Made by a program: the position numbers and the translations under genes
Shown: positions 1 to 10,990 of the stretch, piece by piece
How positions within the stretch are numbered: the first letter of the stretch is position 1
Layout of the letters: each line of letters begins with the position of its first letter
Notes under the pieces: model-generated
The model's database searches: none
Told to the model about the DNA's origin: nothing
Seen by the model: only the letters and a program-made list of their open reading frames with translations
Source of the DNA: SAR86 cluster bacterium
Lineage (GTDB): Bacteria; Pseudomonadota; Gammaproteobacteria; Magnimaribacterales; TMED112
Assembly (NCBI GenBank): GCA_023703535.1
Contig: CP097967.1
Span: 412,543-476,542 of the forward strand
Length of the DNA stretch: 64,000 nt
Reading direction: 5' to 3'

Positions 1-1
1 T

Positions 2-760
2 GTCAGGACAAAAGTTTCTGGGAGCAACTCAAAATTACTAAGAGGGTTTGATGAAAAAAAAGATCAGTCATATTTTTTGCATCAAGTAAAAGGGAAAGAT
101 TTAAATAGAGCAATATTTCCACTTGGAGAACTAAAGAAAACTGAAGTAAGAAAGATAGCTTCAGACAACAAACTATTGACTATGAATAAGAAAGACTCTG
201 TAGGAATCTGTTTCATTGGTAAAAATAATTACAATGTTTTTATTTCTAATTTTTTAGGAAAAAAACCCGGCTCGATTTTAGATGAGCATGGAGAAAAATT
301 GGGCAATCATCAAGGGCTTATGTACTTTACTCTTGGCCAAAGACAAGGAATTGGTATTGGAGGAGTAAAAGGTAAATTGCAAGACTCTTGGTATGTTGCT
401 CATAAAAATATTGAAAATAATGAGCTGACTGTTGTTCAGGGTGGTTCACATCCACTGTTATATAGTGATGGTTGTTTTGTAGAAAAGTTGCACTGGATTG
501 ACGATCAAATTTTTGATGAAAAAAATCTTAAAGTTCAGATTAGATACCAATCAAAAGCAGTTAGTTGCAAGCTTAAAAAAGTTAAAGGGTGCTATAAAAT
601 TATTTTTGACAAGCCTGAGTTGGCAGTTACTCCTGGACAGTCAGCTGTATTGTATTCAGGAGAGGAATGTTTAGGCGGTGGAATTATAAAGGAAAGAATT
701 TCAAAAGATTTTTACAACTGGGCAGAAAATCGAGGTTATAATTACCAAGTCTATGGATGA
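2..760 (+). CDS. mnmA: tRNA 2-thiouridine(34) synthase MnmA, C-terminal part (5' end is upstream of the window)
   Basis: The frame is open from nt 2 (..KLLRGFDEKKDQSYFLHQVKG..), so the listed ORF 77-760 is only the TTG-initiated tail. KDQSYFL and KKDSVGICFIG are typical MnmA/TrmU motifs. The stop overlaps the purB start by 8 nt. Confidence 0.85.
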   Translation, partial: VRTKVSGSNSKLLRGFDEKKDQSYFLHQVKGKDLNRAIFPLGELKKTEVRKIASDNKLLTMNKKDSVGICFIGKNNYNVFISNFLGKKPGSILDEHGEKLGNHQGLMYFTLGQRQGIGIGGVKGKLQDSWYVAHKNIENNELTVVQGGSHPLLYSDGCFVEKLHWIDDQIFDEKNLKVQIRYQSKAVSCKLKKVKGCYKIIFDKPELAVTPGQSAVLYSGEECLGGGIIKERISKDFYNWAENRGYNYQVYG

Positions 761-2090
761 GACAAATCTGAGGAACCTCTCTCCTCTTGATGGAAGATAC
801 CGCGATAAAACAAAAGAAAGTCGTGAGATATTCTCTGAAGAATCTTTGATTAATAAAAGATTAACTGTTGAGTTAAAGTGGCTCAAATTTTTTATAAAAA
901 ACTTCAGAAAAGATCTTATTAAAAAATCAGACTTTAAAAAGCTCGATTCACTTCTAAAAAAATTACCAAAAAATTTACCCTTGAAAGTAAAAGAGATAGA
1001 GAAAACTACAAATCATGATGTTAAAGCAGTTGAACTTGCTTTAGGCGAAAAATTTAAACAAAAAGAATTTAAGAATTTAATTCATATTTTTCTGACTTCA
1101 GAAGATGTAAATAGTTTTAGCTATGCAATTATGATGAAGGAGATTCAGAATGCATCACAAAACTGGGTTCAAGAAGTGATTTCAATATTAAACAAAATGA
1201 GATCGAAATATGCAGATTTGGCAATGCTTTCTAAAACTCATGGACAGCCTGCAAGCCCTACTACTTTAGGTAAAGAGATCAATGTTTTTAAAACTAGGCT
1301 TGAAAGAGAAATTAAGACTATGAAGCAACTTCAAGCAAGAGCAAAATGGGGAGGAGCTACAGGAAATTACAATGTGCATCAGCTAGTTTTCAAGAAAAAT
1401 TGGGTAACAATATCAAGAAAATTTTTGAAAGAGTCAGAAGTTGAACTGTGTGAAGTAAGCACTCAAATTGAACCACACGATTTTATGGCAGAGCAATTCA
1501 ATTCTATGCAAAGAATTTCAAATATTTTACTGGACCTTTCCAGAGATATTTGGACATACATATCAATGGATTATTTCAAATTGAAAGTTCTTAAAAGTGA
1601 AGTTGGCTCGTCAACAATGCCACATAAAGTTAATCCTATAGATTTTGAAAATGCAGAAGGAAATCTAGGTTTATCAAACGCTTTATTTTCTCATCTCTCA
1701 GAAAAATTACCTATTTCCCGACTTCAAAGAGATCTGTCTGATTCAACAGTGCTTAGGAGCATTGGTTCTGCTTATGGATATTTCGAGCTTTCTGTAAATT
1801 CTCTACTCAAAGGCCTTAATAAACTCGAGGCAAATAGAGCTATTATTGGTAAAGAATTAGATGGAAAATACGAAATTTTAACTGAAGCAATTCAAACCTT
1901 TCTAAGGCTTGAGGGTGTTGTTGAGCCTTACGAAAAGGTGAAGAAAATATCACGTGGAAATGCGATGGATAAAGAGACTTATTTAAAAATCATAGATGAA
2001 TTAGTAGTTGATAAAAGTCATAAAAAAACTCTAAAAAATTTAACTCCTCAAACATACGTGGGAATTGCTGAAGAGTTAGCTAAATTATAA
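753..2090 (+). CDS. purB: adenylosuccinate lyase
   Basis: 445 aa. The N-terminus LSPLDGRYRDKT and the fumarate-lyase signature GSSTMPHKVNP match E. coli-type PurB. Confidence 0.9.
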   Translation: MDETNLRNLSPLDGRYRDKTKESREIFSEESLINKRLTVELKWLKFFIKNFRKDLIKKSDFKKLDSLLKKLPKNLPLKVKEIEKTTNHDVKAVELALGEKFKQKEFKNLIHIFLTSEDVNSFSYAIMMKEIQNASQNWVQEVISILNKMRSKYADLAMLSKTHGQPASPTTLGKEINVFKTRLEREIKTMKQLQARAKWGGATGNYNVHQLVFKKNWVTISRKFLKESEVELCEVSTQIEPHDFMAEQFNSMQRISNILLDLSRDIWTYISMDYFKLKVLKSEVGSSTMPHKVNPIDFENAEGNLGLSNALFSHLSEKLPISRLQRDLSDSTVLRSIGSAYGYFELSVNSLLKGLNKLEANRAIIGKELDGKYEILTEAIQTFLRLEGVVEPYEKVKKISRGNAMDKETYLKIIDELVVDKSHKKTLKNLTPQTYVGIAEELAKL

Positions 2091-2098
2091 GGAAAAAT

Positions 2099-3670
2099 AT
2101 GAAATTTAATTTTGATATACCCGAAGAATCTCAGGAAATTTTTTCTGAGGATGCCAATTATTTTGTTGAAAATTTACATAAGAAATTTGATACAAAAATT
2201 AATACTTTGTTAGAAGAAAGAAAAAAAAGACAGAAGTCTTTCGATGAGGGAAGTCTGCCAGATTTTCTAGACGATACTAAAGAAATAAGAGAATCAGAAT
2301 GGCAAGTGAGGCCAATACCAAAGGATCTTCTTGACAGGAGAGTAGAGATTACAGGCCCAGTAGATCGAAAGATGATTATCAACGCTTTAAATTCAGATGT
2401 GAAAGTATTTATGGCAGATTTTGAAGACTCACTAAGTCCCACATGGGAAAACGTAGCTAATGGACAAAAAAATCTCTTCGATGCTGTAAGACGAACAATT
2501 TCTTTTGAAAATCCTGAGAATGGAAAAAAATATAAATTGAATGATGAGATTGCAACATTAATGTGTAGGGTCAGAGGCATTCATTTAAAAGAGAAAGGTT
2601 TGACAATCGATGGCTCTCAGCCATATGGGTGCTTGGTCGATTTTGGATATTATCTTTTTCATAATGCTAAAGAATTGATGAATAAAAATACTGGACCTTA
2701 CTTTTATATCCCAAAACTTCAATCGCATTTAGAAGCTAGACTTTGGAACGATATCATTTCTTTTGCTGAGGAAAATCTAAATATTCCAAAAGGAACTGTG
2801 AGAGTGACATGTCTCATTGAAACGCTTCCAGCAGTTTTTGAAATGGAAGAAATTTTGTATGAACTAAAAGATCACATTGTTGGACTTAACTGTGGTAGAT
2901 GGGATTATATTTTTAGTTACATTAAAACCTTTCAAAAGCATTCGGATAAATTATTACCAGACAGATATCAGGTAGGAATGAATCAACCTTTTTTAAACGC
3001 GTACTCTAGATTGCTTATCAAAACCTGCCATAAAAGAGGTGCCTTTGCTATGGGGGGGATGGCAGCCTTCATACCATCAAAAGATCCTGACGAAAACAAA
3101 ATTGTTACCGAAAAAGTAATGGGAGATAAGCTTCTTGAAACGTCTAATGGACATGACGGAACTTGGATTGCCCACCCTGGTTTATCTGATATTGCAAATA
3201 ATGTTTTCTCAAATGCATTCGAACCAGGAAGAACAAATCAGATGCATATTCTTAGAGAGGACGATCATATTAACGCTAAAGATCTTATTACTCCTTGTGA
3301 AGGAAATTTTACGGAAGAGTGCTTCCGTTCAAATATTAGAGTCTGTTTGAGATATATTGAAGCCTGGCTTAGAGGTATTGGGTGTGTACCAATTTATGGA
3401 CTTATGGAAGACGCAGCAACAGCTGAAATATCAAGAAGTTCTCTATGGCAATGGGTTAAGCATTCAGTAGAACTAGATACAGGTTTAGTATGTTCGGAGC
3501 AAACATTTGAAAAAATTTTAGATGAAGAATACAATGTCGTTCAAGAAGAGATTGGGCAAGACTCTTTGGCTTCAGGTAAGTTTTCCGAGGCTAAATCACT
3601 TTTAAAAGATTTAGTTCAAAGCGGAGAATTAACTGATTTTCTTACATTGCCAGCATATAGGAGTATTTAA
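2099..3670 (+). CDS. aceB: malate synthase A
   Basis: 523 aa. Motifs MADFEDS, CGRWDYIFS and HDGTWIAHPG, and the length, fit the A-type malate synthase. AAGGA sits upstream of the ATG, 8 nt after the purB stop. Confidence 0.9.
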   Translation: MKFNFDIPEESQEIFSEDANYFVENLHKKFDTKINTLLEERKKRQKSFDEGSLPDFLDDTKEIRESEWQVRPIPKDLLDRRVEITGPVDRKMIINALNSDVKVFMADFEDSLSPTWENVANGQKNLFDAVRRTISFENPENGKKYKLNDEIATLMCRVRGIHLKEKGLTIDGSQPYGCLVDFGYYLFHNAKELMNKNTGPYFYIPKLQSHLEARLWNDIISFAEENLNIPKGTVRVTCLIETLPAVFEMEEILYELKDHIVGLNCGRWDYIFSYIKTFQKHSDKLLPDRYQVGMNQPFLNAYSRLLIKTCHKRGAFAMGGMAAFIPSKDPDENKIVTEKVMGDKLLETSNGHDGTWIAHPGLSDIANNVFSNAFEPGRTNQMHILREDDHINAKDLITPCEGNFTEECFRSNIRVCLRYIEAWLRGIGCVPIYGLMEDAATAEISRSSLWQWVKHSVELDTGLVCSEQTFEKILDEEYNVVQEEIGQDSLASGKFSEAKSLLKDLVQSGELTDFLTLPAYRSI

Positions 3671-4954
3671 ATGAAGTTAGCTGAACAAGTAGCTTCTCTC
3701 GAGAAGGATTGGGCTGAAAACCCAAGATGGAAACACGTAAAAAGACCTTATTCTGCAGAAGAAGTTGTCAAACTAAGAGGCTCTCTGCAACCTGAAAGCA
3801 CACTTGCAAGGAAAGGTGCTGAAAAGCTTTGGAAATATTTAGAGACTGAAGAATACATTAATTGCTTGGGTGCACTAACTGGCGGACAAGCTGTCCAACA
3901 AGTTAAAGCCGGTGTAAAGGCAATATATCTTTCAGGATGGCAGGTTGCTGCGGACAATAATTCTGCTGAAACAATGTATCCAGATCAATCACTTTATCCT
4001 GTCGATTCAGTGCCAAATGTAATTACTAGAATTAATAATGCTTTTAGACGTGCTGATCAAATTGAATGGATGAATACAAATGGTGAACCAAAGTTTGATT
4101 TTTTTGCACCTATTATTGCTGACGCAGAGGCAGGTTTTGGAGGCGTATTAAATGCCTTTGAATTAATGAAGCGAATGATTCGTGCCGGAGCTGCAGGAGT
4201 TCATTTTGAAGATCAGCTTGCCAGTGTAAAGAAATGTGGTCATTTGGGAGGGAAAGTTTTAGTGCCAACAAAAGATGCTGTAGAAAAGCTTATAGCTGCG
4301 AGGTTAGCAGCAGATGTATCTAATACCCCAACAATATTAGTTGCAAGAACTGATGCTGACGCAGCAGACCTTGTGACATCAGACGTTGACGAAACAGACA
4401 GACCATTTTTAACTGGAGAGCGAACTTCGGAAGGTTTTTATAGGTCTAAAGCTGGTCTAGATCAGGCAATAGCAAGAGGTTTGGCTTATGCGCCCTACTC
4501 TGATTTAGTTTGGTGCGAAACATCAAAACCGGATTTAGAGCAAGCAAAGGTTTTTGCTGAAGCAATTAAAAAAGATCACCCTGAAATTTTACTGGCATAC
4601 AATTGCTCACCTTCATTTAATTGGAAAAAGAATCTTGATGAACAAACTATAGCTAAGTTTCAAAAAGAACTAGGAGCTATGGGCTACAAATTTCAATTTA
4701 TCACGCTGGCTGGAATACATTCTATGTGGCATAGCATGTTCAAACTTTCAAAAGAATATGTTAATGATGGAATGTCAGCTTATGTACGATTACAGGAAGA
4801 AGAGTTCGAAGATGCTAATAAGGGCTATACTTTTGTATCTCATCAACAGGAAGTTGGAACTGGATATTTCGATGCAGTAAATGAATGTATTCAGGGTGGT
4901 GAAAGCTCTACTTCAGCTCTTAAAGGTTCAACTGAAGAAGAACAGTTTAAATAA
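3671..4954 (+). CDS. aceA: isocitrate lyase
   Basis: 427 aa with the isocitrate lyase signature KKCGHLGGK. The ATG directly follows the aceB TAA. Confidence 0.92.
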   Translation: MKLAEQVASLEKDWAENPRWKHVKRPYSAEEVVKLRGSLQPESTLARKGAEKLWKYLETEEYINCLGALTGGQAVQQVKAGVKAIYLSGWQVAADNNSAETMYPDQSLYPVDSVPNVITRINNAFRRADQIEWMNTNGEPKFDFFAPIIADAEAGFGGVLNAFELMKRMIRAGAAGVHFEDQLASVKKCGHLGGKVLVPTKDAVEKLIAARLAADVSNTPTILVARTDADAADLVTSDVDETDRPFLTGERTSEGFYRSKAGLDQAIARGLAYAPYSDLVWCETSKPDLEQAKVFAEAIKKDHPEILLAYNCSPSFNWKKNLDEQTIAKFQKELGAMGYKFQFITLAGIHSMWHSMFKLSKEYVNDGMSAYVRLQEEEFEDANKGYTFVSHQQEVGTGYFDAVNECIQGGESSTSALKGSTEEEQFK

Positions 4955-4966
4955 AACTTGATTTTC

Positions 4967-4991
4967 AAGCCTGCATCGAGCAGGCTTTTTT
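4967..4991 (+). terminator. Rho-independent terminator after aceA
   Basis: Stem AAGCCTGC (4967-4974) pairs with GCAGGCTT (4980-4987) around a 5-nt loop, and the T-run continues to 4991. It lies 13 nt after the aceA stop. Confidence 0.6.
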
Positions 4992-4992
4992 A

Positions 4993-6813
4993 ATGCTTAA
5001 TTTCTTTCTTAAAAAATCTTTTTTATTGCTATTTTCAATAATATTTATCTTCTCTTGCAGTAGTGAAAAAAGTTCTCAAAACTTAATTAACGAACAACAA
5101 ACATTTGTTTTTTCTGTAAGTAATTTTAAAGAGAGTGTAAAAAGTTATGAGCAGCTCAATATTTCAATAAGTGCGAACTATGAGTGCAATTTTAATATCA
5201 CTGGCACAGATATCCATTGGGTTACATCCTCTGATAAAAAAAATTTTTCTTACAGAGCTCCTATAACAGTGCTAGATGAAGAGGAATTTTTTATTGATAT
5301 CAGTACAGTTGAAACTATAGATTGCCCTAATAGAACACAAAGAAAAATCCATAAAGTTTCTCGAGATGTAAATGCTCTCCAATTTCTTCCATCTCCTACT
5401 CCATTTAATTACAGGGAGTTAAAAAGTGATTTCTTCGCATCACATAATATAGGTTTTGGAGGTATTGAAATAACTGATAGGTTTACAAGCGTAATTTGTT
5501 ACCCAACTCCAGCAGACTGCACTTCATATGAAAATGAACTTTTTGGCCAAGATGCACACAATATGGCAACTGGGGATTTTAATAATGATGGTTTTGAGGA
5601 CATTGTTGTAGCATGGGCGATATTTCCACATACATTGGAATCAGAGCAAAAAATCAATGCTCCTATCAATATTTATCTAAATGATGGCACAGGCAATCTG
5701 TATCATGACCCAAATATATATGTTTCAGGGGAAGCACCAAAACACCCTTTTGCTTATCGACTTGCTGTAGCAGATTTCAATAATGATGGAAAAGATGATA
5801 TTTTTGCTGGTTCAATGGGTCTTCAGTATAGAAATGAGGATTATTCAAAAAACTATATCTCACCTTACCCAGACTTGCTCTTATTAAGTAATAGCTCAGG
5901 TAAATTCGAAGAGTCTAGTAGAAACATCAATGATCAAAATAATGGAAATGGAAAGCAATGTAATTTTAGCCATGATGCCAGTATCGGAGATTTTGATAAT
6001 GATAATGATATTGATATCTTTGCATGCAATATTTTATTGGTGAACGACGGCACTGGAAACTTCTCATTTGAGGAATATTTAGGCACATCTCTTCAAATAA
6101 ACTATGGAAATCCAATGAGTAGCCTTTTAGTAGATTTGAATAATGATTCCTATGATGATTTAGTTTTCTGGAACTTTGATAACAGACCTGAAAATTTCAT
6201 AGAAGAAGGTTTTGCATACCTTAGTAATGGAACTTCAGATATTAGCAATTGGATTCAAGTTGAGCTGCCCGTTGGTCCTTTTGGGAGAAATCATAATAAA
6301 TATAATCATGCAGCTTATGGAGATTTAAATAATGATGGCAATAAAGATATTGTCGTATCTGTTACCAGGGACAACCCATATTATGAGGGTGCATATATTC
6401 AGGTTCTGTTAGGAGATGGACATGGAAATTTAACAGATGTTACATCCACCAACTTTGTGGAACAACCTCGAGATAAGAATCATCACGGCGAAGGAAATAT
6501 CTATCTAAGAGATTTTGAAGGAGATGGTGATCTAGACATCTTTCATTCGACGAGAGATTTTTCATCAAATCTTCATGGAGCACATATTGCGCTAAATGAC
6601 GGCAGTGCATTTTTCGTCTCTGTGCCTGAAAATATTTTTCCTCAAAAACCTAAAGCAAATATGTACGACAATAATGATTACCTATTCAAGGGTATGCCTA
6701 TTAATCTTGATAATTCTGGGTGTTTAGACCTTATTTCTACTTCTGATAGCTGGATGGATGAAACAGCTACCAAAAATTATCTGTATAGCTTAGTAAATAT
6801 AAAATGTGATTAA
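4993..6813 (+). CDS. FG-GAP/VCBS-repeat lipoprotein (predicted beta-propeller, exported)
   Basis: 606 aa with signal peptide and lipobox ..IIFIFSC. Six or more Ca-binding-like FG-GAP motifs are present (DFNNDGFEDIVV, DFNNDGKDDIF, DFDNDNDIDIF, DLNNDSYDDLV, DLNNDGNKDIVV, DFEGDGDLDIF). Confidence 0.6.
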   Translation: MLNFFLKKSFLLLFSIIFIFSCSSEKSSQNLINEQQTFVFSVSNFKESVKSYEQLNISISANYECNFNITGTDIHWVTSSDKKNFSYRAPITVLDEEEFFIDISTVETIDCPNRTQRKIHKVSRDVNALQFLPSPTPFNYRELKSDFFASHNIGFGGIEITDRFTSVICYPTPADCTSYENELFGQDAHNMATGDFNNDGFEDIVVAWAIFPHTLESEQKINAPINIYLNDGTGNLYHDPNIYVSGEAPKHPFAYRLAVADFNNDGKDDIFAGSMGLQYRNEDYSKNYISPYPDLLLLSNSSGKFEESSRNINDQNNGNGKQCNFSHDASIGDFDNDNDIDIFACNILLVNDGTGNFSFEEYLGTSLQINYGNPMSSLLVDLNNDSYDDLVFWNFDNRPENFIEEGFAYLSNGTSDISNWIQVELPVGPFGRNHNKYNHAAYGDLNNDGNKDIVVSVTRDNPYYEGAYIQVLLGDGHGNLTDVTSTNFVEQPRDKNHHGEGNIYLRDFEGDGDLDIFHSTRDFSSNLHGAHIALNDGSAFFVSVPENIFPQKPKANMYDNNDYLFKGMPINLDNSGCLDLISTSDSWMDETATKNYLYSLVNIKCD

Positions 6814-6968
6814 TCCTTCACTTTGCCACAAACTTCGCATTTATCTCCTTTTGATAGATAAACACCGCCACAGCTTGGCTGTAAAGGCTTTTTCTTTAGT
6901 ATTAGGCCTATAGACATACCAAGAATAGCTAAAGAGGCTACAATCAGCCCTAGAATTACGTTAATCAT
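6810..6968 (-). CDS. nqrM: (Na+)-NQR maturation protein NqrM (52 aa; below the ORF-track cutoff)
   Basis: Hand translation gives [52 protein letters not shown]. It has an N-terminal TM helix, then KKK, then the SCGG..C..C cysteine motif of the NqrM/DUF539 family. The ATG overlaps the apbE TGA (ATGA). The position after apbE is the canonical one. Confidence 0.65.
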   Translation of the reverse strand: MINVILGLIVASLAILGMSIGLILKKKPLQPSCGGVYLSKGDKCEVCGKVKD

Positions 6969-7795
6969 GGATATATTCTACTCCATTGTGAAGAATTTAG
7001 AGTTTCTCCATCTTTTTTAATAAAAAAAACAGCTATTTGCTCGTTTTCAGCAATTTTTAAACCTTCTTTGGTGCCTAAAACATACATTGTAGTAGCCCAA
7101 GCATCTGCGTATGCAGCACTTTCATGTAATACTGTAACGTTAGCTACATCTCTAGGTCCTCCCCCCCAAATATGCCCTGGATTTTTATATTCTCCAGAAG
7201 TAGCAATAGAAAGTCCCTTAAAGGGCATAGAAAACGATTTAAATATTTTTTGGTTCATACTGAAGGGGTCTTCTATTGCCCACTTCCAATTACCTCGGTG
7301 AGGGGCTAATCCCTTTGCTTTAATTTCACCACCTATCTCAATAAAGTAATCACTAATTCCGTTTTCCTGCATAATTTCTGCTACTTTATCAACTGCGTAA
7401 CCTTTGGCTACAGCTGAGAAATCTAGAATCCCACCTTGAAGAGGGTCGAAAGAATTTTTACTTATTTCACTTAAATTTAAAGAAAGATCATACAGATATT
7501 TCAAATCCTTTGACCAAGAGTTCATTTCTTCAATGGAAGTATTTAATACCTCAGAATTCTCTTTATAAGTAGAAAATATTAAATCGATACGATTAAGTTC
7601 TTTTTCAATCTTTTCTGGAATTAAAGGATCTAGCTCCTGTGTTTCTGGATGAACATAGCGATATTTATAACTCGTACCATATATCTCACCGTTTGAAGTT
7701 GTATAGGTAAATTGTTGGCATCCAACAAGTAATAAAATTAAGAGTAGATGTCTAACCACCAAAGTCATCCAGCATGATATTCTCTTCTTCAACAC
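6965..7795 (-). CDS. apbE: FAD:protein FMN transferase (flavinylates NqrB/NqrC)
   Basis: 276-aa ApbE-family protein directly downstream of nqrF. The ORF-track start at 7795 is GTG. The internal ATG at 7768 gives [17 protein letters not shown], a lipoprotein signal, and is the more likely start. Confidence 0.8.
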   Translation of the reverse strand: MLKKRISCWMTLVVRHLLLILLLVGCQQFTYTTSNGEIYGTSYKYRYVHPETQELDPLIPEKIEKELNRIDLIFSTYKENSEVLNTSIEEMNSWSKDLKYLYDLSLNLSEISKNSFDPLQGGILDFSAVAKGYAVDKVAEIMQENGISDYFIEIGGEIKAKGLAPHRGNWKWAIEDPFSMNQKIFKSFSMPFKGLSIATSGEYKNPGHIWGGGPRDVANVTVLHESAAYADAWATTMYVLGTKEGLKIAENEQIAVFFIKKDGETLNSSQWSRIYP

Positions 7796-8975
7796 CTAAG
7801 TCAGAGAGCATCTTAATGCAAGAAGAGTTCATGATTGGTGGACCACATAGATAGTATTCACAATCCTCTGGAGCAGGATGTTTGGCAAGATACTCGTCTT
7901 GAGTAACTTGATGTATGAAGCCTGTAAGGCCTTTCCAATTGTCCTCTGGAAGCGCATCTGATAGGGCTATATGAAATGAAAAGTTTTCATGTTCTTTTGC
8001 AAGTTTTTCAAATTCATCTTGATAGAAAATTTCTTTCATACTTCTTGCTCCATACCAGTAGCTGATTTTTCTATTTGAATTAAGTCTTAGTAACTGATCA
8101 AAAATATGAGATCTTAAAGGAGCCATGCCAGCCCCTCCCCCAATAAAGACCATTTCATTTTCAGTTTCTTTTGCAAAGAACTCTCCAAATGGACCAAAAA
8201 CTTTTACCTTGTCTCCTGGTTTTAAGCTAAAAACGTAAGAGGACATCACTCCAGGTGGGAAGTCTGACCCAGGAGGTGGAGATGCTACCCTAATATTAAA
8301 TTTTAAAACACCCTCTTCAAGAGGATAATTCGCCATTGAATAAGCTCGTATTATTGGTTCTGGGTTTGAGGCTACATTATCCCAAACTTTAAATCTGTCC
8401 CAGTCAGAATGGTATTCTTTCTCAATTTCAAAATCTTTATATTTTATTGCTTCATATGCTGGAGCTTCTAGTTGAACATAACCACCAGCTTTAAATCTTA
8501 CGTTTTCTCCCTCTGGCAACTTTAGAACCAGTTCTTTAATGAATGTGGCTACATTTTCATTTGAAATTACTTCACACTCCCACTCCTTTACTCCAAAAAC
8601 CTCATCGGGTATCTGAATTTTCATATCTCTCTTTACTGGAACTTGGCAAGACAGACGCCAATTGTCATTCTGTTGTTTGTAGTTAAAGTGAGACTGTTCA
8701 GTAGAGAGTATGTCTCCACCACCATCTATAACTTGGCATTTACATTCCGCACAGGTACCACCACCTCCACATGCAGATGCGAGGTAAATATTTTTTGCAG
8801 CTAGTGTGCTAAGTAACTTTCCACCCGCAGGCACCGTGATACTTTTTTCTGGATCGTCGTTAATCTCAATTGTTACATCACCAGTTGAAACTAGCTGGGA
8901 ACGAGCCAACATTACAAATGCAACTAAAACTGATACAACAAGGGTGAAAGCTAAAATCCCAAGATATAAATCCAT
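7752..8975 (-). CDS. nqrF: Na+-translocating NADH-quinone reductase subunit F
   Basis: 407 aa with an N-terminal TM helix, 2Fe-2S motif [15 protein letters not shown] motif RAYSMAN and NADH motif GGGAGMAP. Confidence 0.93.
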   Translation of the reverse strand: MDLYLGILAFTLVVSVLVAFVMLARSQLVSTGDVTIEINDDPEKSITVPAGGKLLSTLAAKNIYLASACGGGGTCAECKCQVIDGGGDILSTEQSHFNYKQQNDNWRLSCQVPVKRDMKIQIPDEVFGVKEWECEVISNENVATFIKELVLKLPEGENVRFKAGGYVQLEAPAYEAIKYKDFEIEKEYHSDWDRFKVWDNVASNPEPIIRAYSMANYPLEEGVLKFNIRVASPPPGSDFPPGVMSSYVFSLKPGDKVKVFGPFGEFFAKETENEMVFIGGGAGMAPLRSHIFDQLLRLNSNRKISYWYGARSMKEIFYQDEFEKLAKEHENFSFHIALSDALPEDNWKGLTGFIHQVTQDEYLAKHPAPEDCEYYLCGPPIMNSSCIKMLSDLGVEEENIMLDDFGG

Positions 8976-9583
8976 TAAAGTATTATTCCTCCAAATGACA
9001 TAAATCCAAAACTCATTAAACCAACAATAATATAAGTAATACCCAGTCCTCTGAGACCTTCAGGAATATCGCTATACTTAAGCTTTTCCCTAATACCAGC
9101 AAGCAATACTATTGCTAACGCCCAGCCAAATCCTGCGCCGAAGCCATAGGTAACACTCTCAATTAAGTTATAGTTCTTTTCTACCATAATTAAAGAGGCT
9201 CCAAGAATTGCGCAATTAACAGTTATAAGTGGTAGAAAGATTCCAAGCTGGTTATAAAGAGCTGGCACATATTTATCAAGAAACATTTCTAAAATTTGTA
9301 CTGCAGCTGCGATCACTCCGATGTAAGTAATAAGTTCAACAAATTCTAAATTTGTATTTTCTAAACCAGCCCATGATAAAGCACCTTCCTTGAGCACATA
9401 AGTGTAAATAATATTATTCAGGGGAACAGTTAATGTTAAAACAACTATAACAGCTAACCCTAAACCAAAGGCTGCTTTTACTTGCTTTGAAATTGCAAAA
9501 AAAGTACACATCCCTAAAAATAGTGACAACGCTATATTCTCTATAAATACTGTTCTTACAAATAAACTTGTTAGCTCAGCCAT
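8975..9583 (-). CDS. nqrE: Na+-NQR subunit E
   Basis: 202-aa polytopic membrane protein of the NqrE/RnfA type, placed between nqrD and nqrF. Confidence 0.88.
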   Translation of the reverse strand: MAELTSLFVRTVFIENIALSLFLGMCTFFAISKQVKAAFGLGLAVIVVLTLTVPLNNIIYTYVLKEGALSWAGLENTNLEFVELITYIGVIAAAVQILEMFLDKYVPALYNQLGIFLPLITVNCAILGASLIMVEKNYNLIESVTYGFGAGFGWALAIVLLAGIREKLKYSDIPEGLRGLGITYIIVGLMSFGFMSFGGIIL

Positions 9584-10259
9584 TAGACGCCTCCTTTTTT
9601 GCTACAAGTGGTTTGAAGGTATGGGCCTTGAGTGGATTTTCATCTTCTTCAACTTGACTCGTACTGATAGATCTTATGACCCAAATCATCAACCCAATAA
9701 TGATAAATGAACTTGGTGGTAATAAGAGGAAGTTATTTGTCGGGTACGAATCAGGCATTACCTGTAAACCTAGAAATGTACCACTTCCAAAAATCTCTCT
9801 TATTGTTGCTACTACTATTAATATAAAACTATAGCCCAATCCATTTCCCAATCCATCAAGAAAGCTTCTTATTGGTGGATTTTTCATTGCATAGGCTTCC
9901 GCTCTACCCATCACAATACAGTTAGTGATAATTAAACCTACAAAAACAGAGAGCTGTTTACTTGCTTCGTAAGCATAGGCTTTAAGAATCTCGTCAACAA
10001 TTATCACTAAAGAAGCAATCACAGTCATTTGAACAATGATTCTTATGTTTTCTGGAATGTAAAATCTTAAGAGTGATATGAAGAAATTAGATAATGCCAC
10101 TACCGAAGTTAAAGCTGCACACATCACTAGGGTTACATCCATTTTTACTGTTACTGCGAGAGCAGAACATATTCCCAATATCTGTAAAGCAATAGGATTA
10201 TTTTCAATAATTGGAGCAAATAGTAGTTGTTTTGACTCTTTAAAAGTTAATGGTTTCAT
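9576..10259 (-). CDS. nqrD: Na+-NQR subunit D
   Basis: 227 aa. [18 protein letters not shown] and [15 protein letters not shown] match NqrD/RnfE. A short C-terminal extension overlaps nqrE. Confidence 0.9.
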   Translation of the reverse strand: MKPLTFKESKQLLFAPIIENNPIALQILGICSALAVTVKMDVTLVMCAALTSVVALSNFFISLLRFYIPENIRIIVQMTVIASLVIIVDEILKAYAYEASKQLSVFVGLIITNCIVMGRAEAYAMKNPPIRSFLDGLGNGLGYSFILIVVATIREIFGSGTFLGLQVMPDSYPTNNFLLLPPSSFIIIGLMIWVIRSISTSQVEEDENPLKAHTFKPLVAKKEASNG

Positions 10260-10990
10260 TAGCTGTTAAATGTCTCCTTTACTATTTTTAAGGCGGGCCC
10301 GTAGGCTTCTGGTCCAAGCCAATATTCAATCATATTTGAAACGCCATTACTTGTCAGAGTTGCTCCAGAGAGACCGTCTACCTCATATTTATTCGAAGAG
10401 GCTCCTTTCACAACCTTTAATTCAACTCCCCCATCTTTGTTATATAAAATTTTGCCTTTCCAAATATTTTTCCATTCCTCATTCTCAACTTCCGCACCTA
10501 GTCCTGGAGTTTCTTTATGTTCATAAAATTCAATTCCGTTTATTGTATTTAAATCGGATGCAAGAGATATGTATCCATAAAGCGTTCCCCATAAACCATA
10601 ACCTCTTATAGGCAAAACAACCTTTTCGATATTATCTTCTTTATCAAACCACAAATACATTGGTCCTACATTTTCCATTCTTTTCAAAATGGCAATATCC
10701 TTTTCTTTTGGAACTGCTGTTGATAAGTCAGATTTCAAAGTCGCTTTTAAATGATCATATTTCTCATCCATCTCAACAAGCTCATTTGATTTGAAATTTA
10801 CATAAATTATTTCTATTTTTTCAAATTCTTCATTGATGTTTTCTGAATTTATTCCAGCAGCTAAAAGAATTTTACTTTTTTTATCATTCTCTAAATTTAA
10901 TTCTTGTGTTGATCTTACAGAAACAGCTGTAAAGGAAACTACAACAGCGCATGCTATACAAGCTAATAAAGGAATAAATAAATTTTTCAT
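10259..10990 (-). CDS. nqrC: Na+-NQR subunit C
   Basis: 243 aa with an N-terminal anchor and the covalent-FMN threonine motif LSGATLTS. Confidence 0.88.
   Translation of the reverse strand: MKNLFIPLLACIACAVVVSFTAVSVRSTQELNLENDKKSKILLAAGINSENINEEFEKIEIIYVNFKSNELVEMDEKYDHLKATLKSDLSTAVPKEKDIAILKRMENVGPMYLWFDKEDNIEKVVLPIRGYGLWGTLYGYISLASDLNTINGIEFYEHKETPGLGAEVENEEWKNIWKGKILYNKDGGVELKVVKGASSNKYEVDGLSGATLTSNGVSNMIEYWLGPEAYGPALKIVKETFNS

Noticed and set aside
2158-2580. 140-aa minus-strand ORF inside aceB. Similar antisense or out-of-frame ORFs occur at 701-886, 3135-3350, 3748-3957, 7068-7301, 8806-9003, 10078-10269, 10270-10611, 10833-11033, 11648-11842, 13720-13989, 16653-16889, 16902-17102, 17037-17309, 19348-19536, 19584-19811, 19974-20165, 20310-20576, 20933-21392, 24088-24270, 26233-26475, 26591-26776, 27627-27824, 28322-28531, 34056-34373, 34813-35151, 35661-35894, 36094-36330, 40064-40258, 41079-41264, 41443-41646, 42240-42533, 45397-45795, 46477-46710, 48618-48833, 49095-49376, 51272-51496, 52709-52900, 56052-56264, 57053-57268, 59627-59887, 61592-61774 and 62009-62239.
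   Set aside because: Each is nested in, or mostly overlaps, a longer ORF with unambiguous family signatures. None shows a motif, signal peptide plus domain, or ribosome-binding site of its own.
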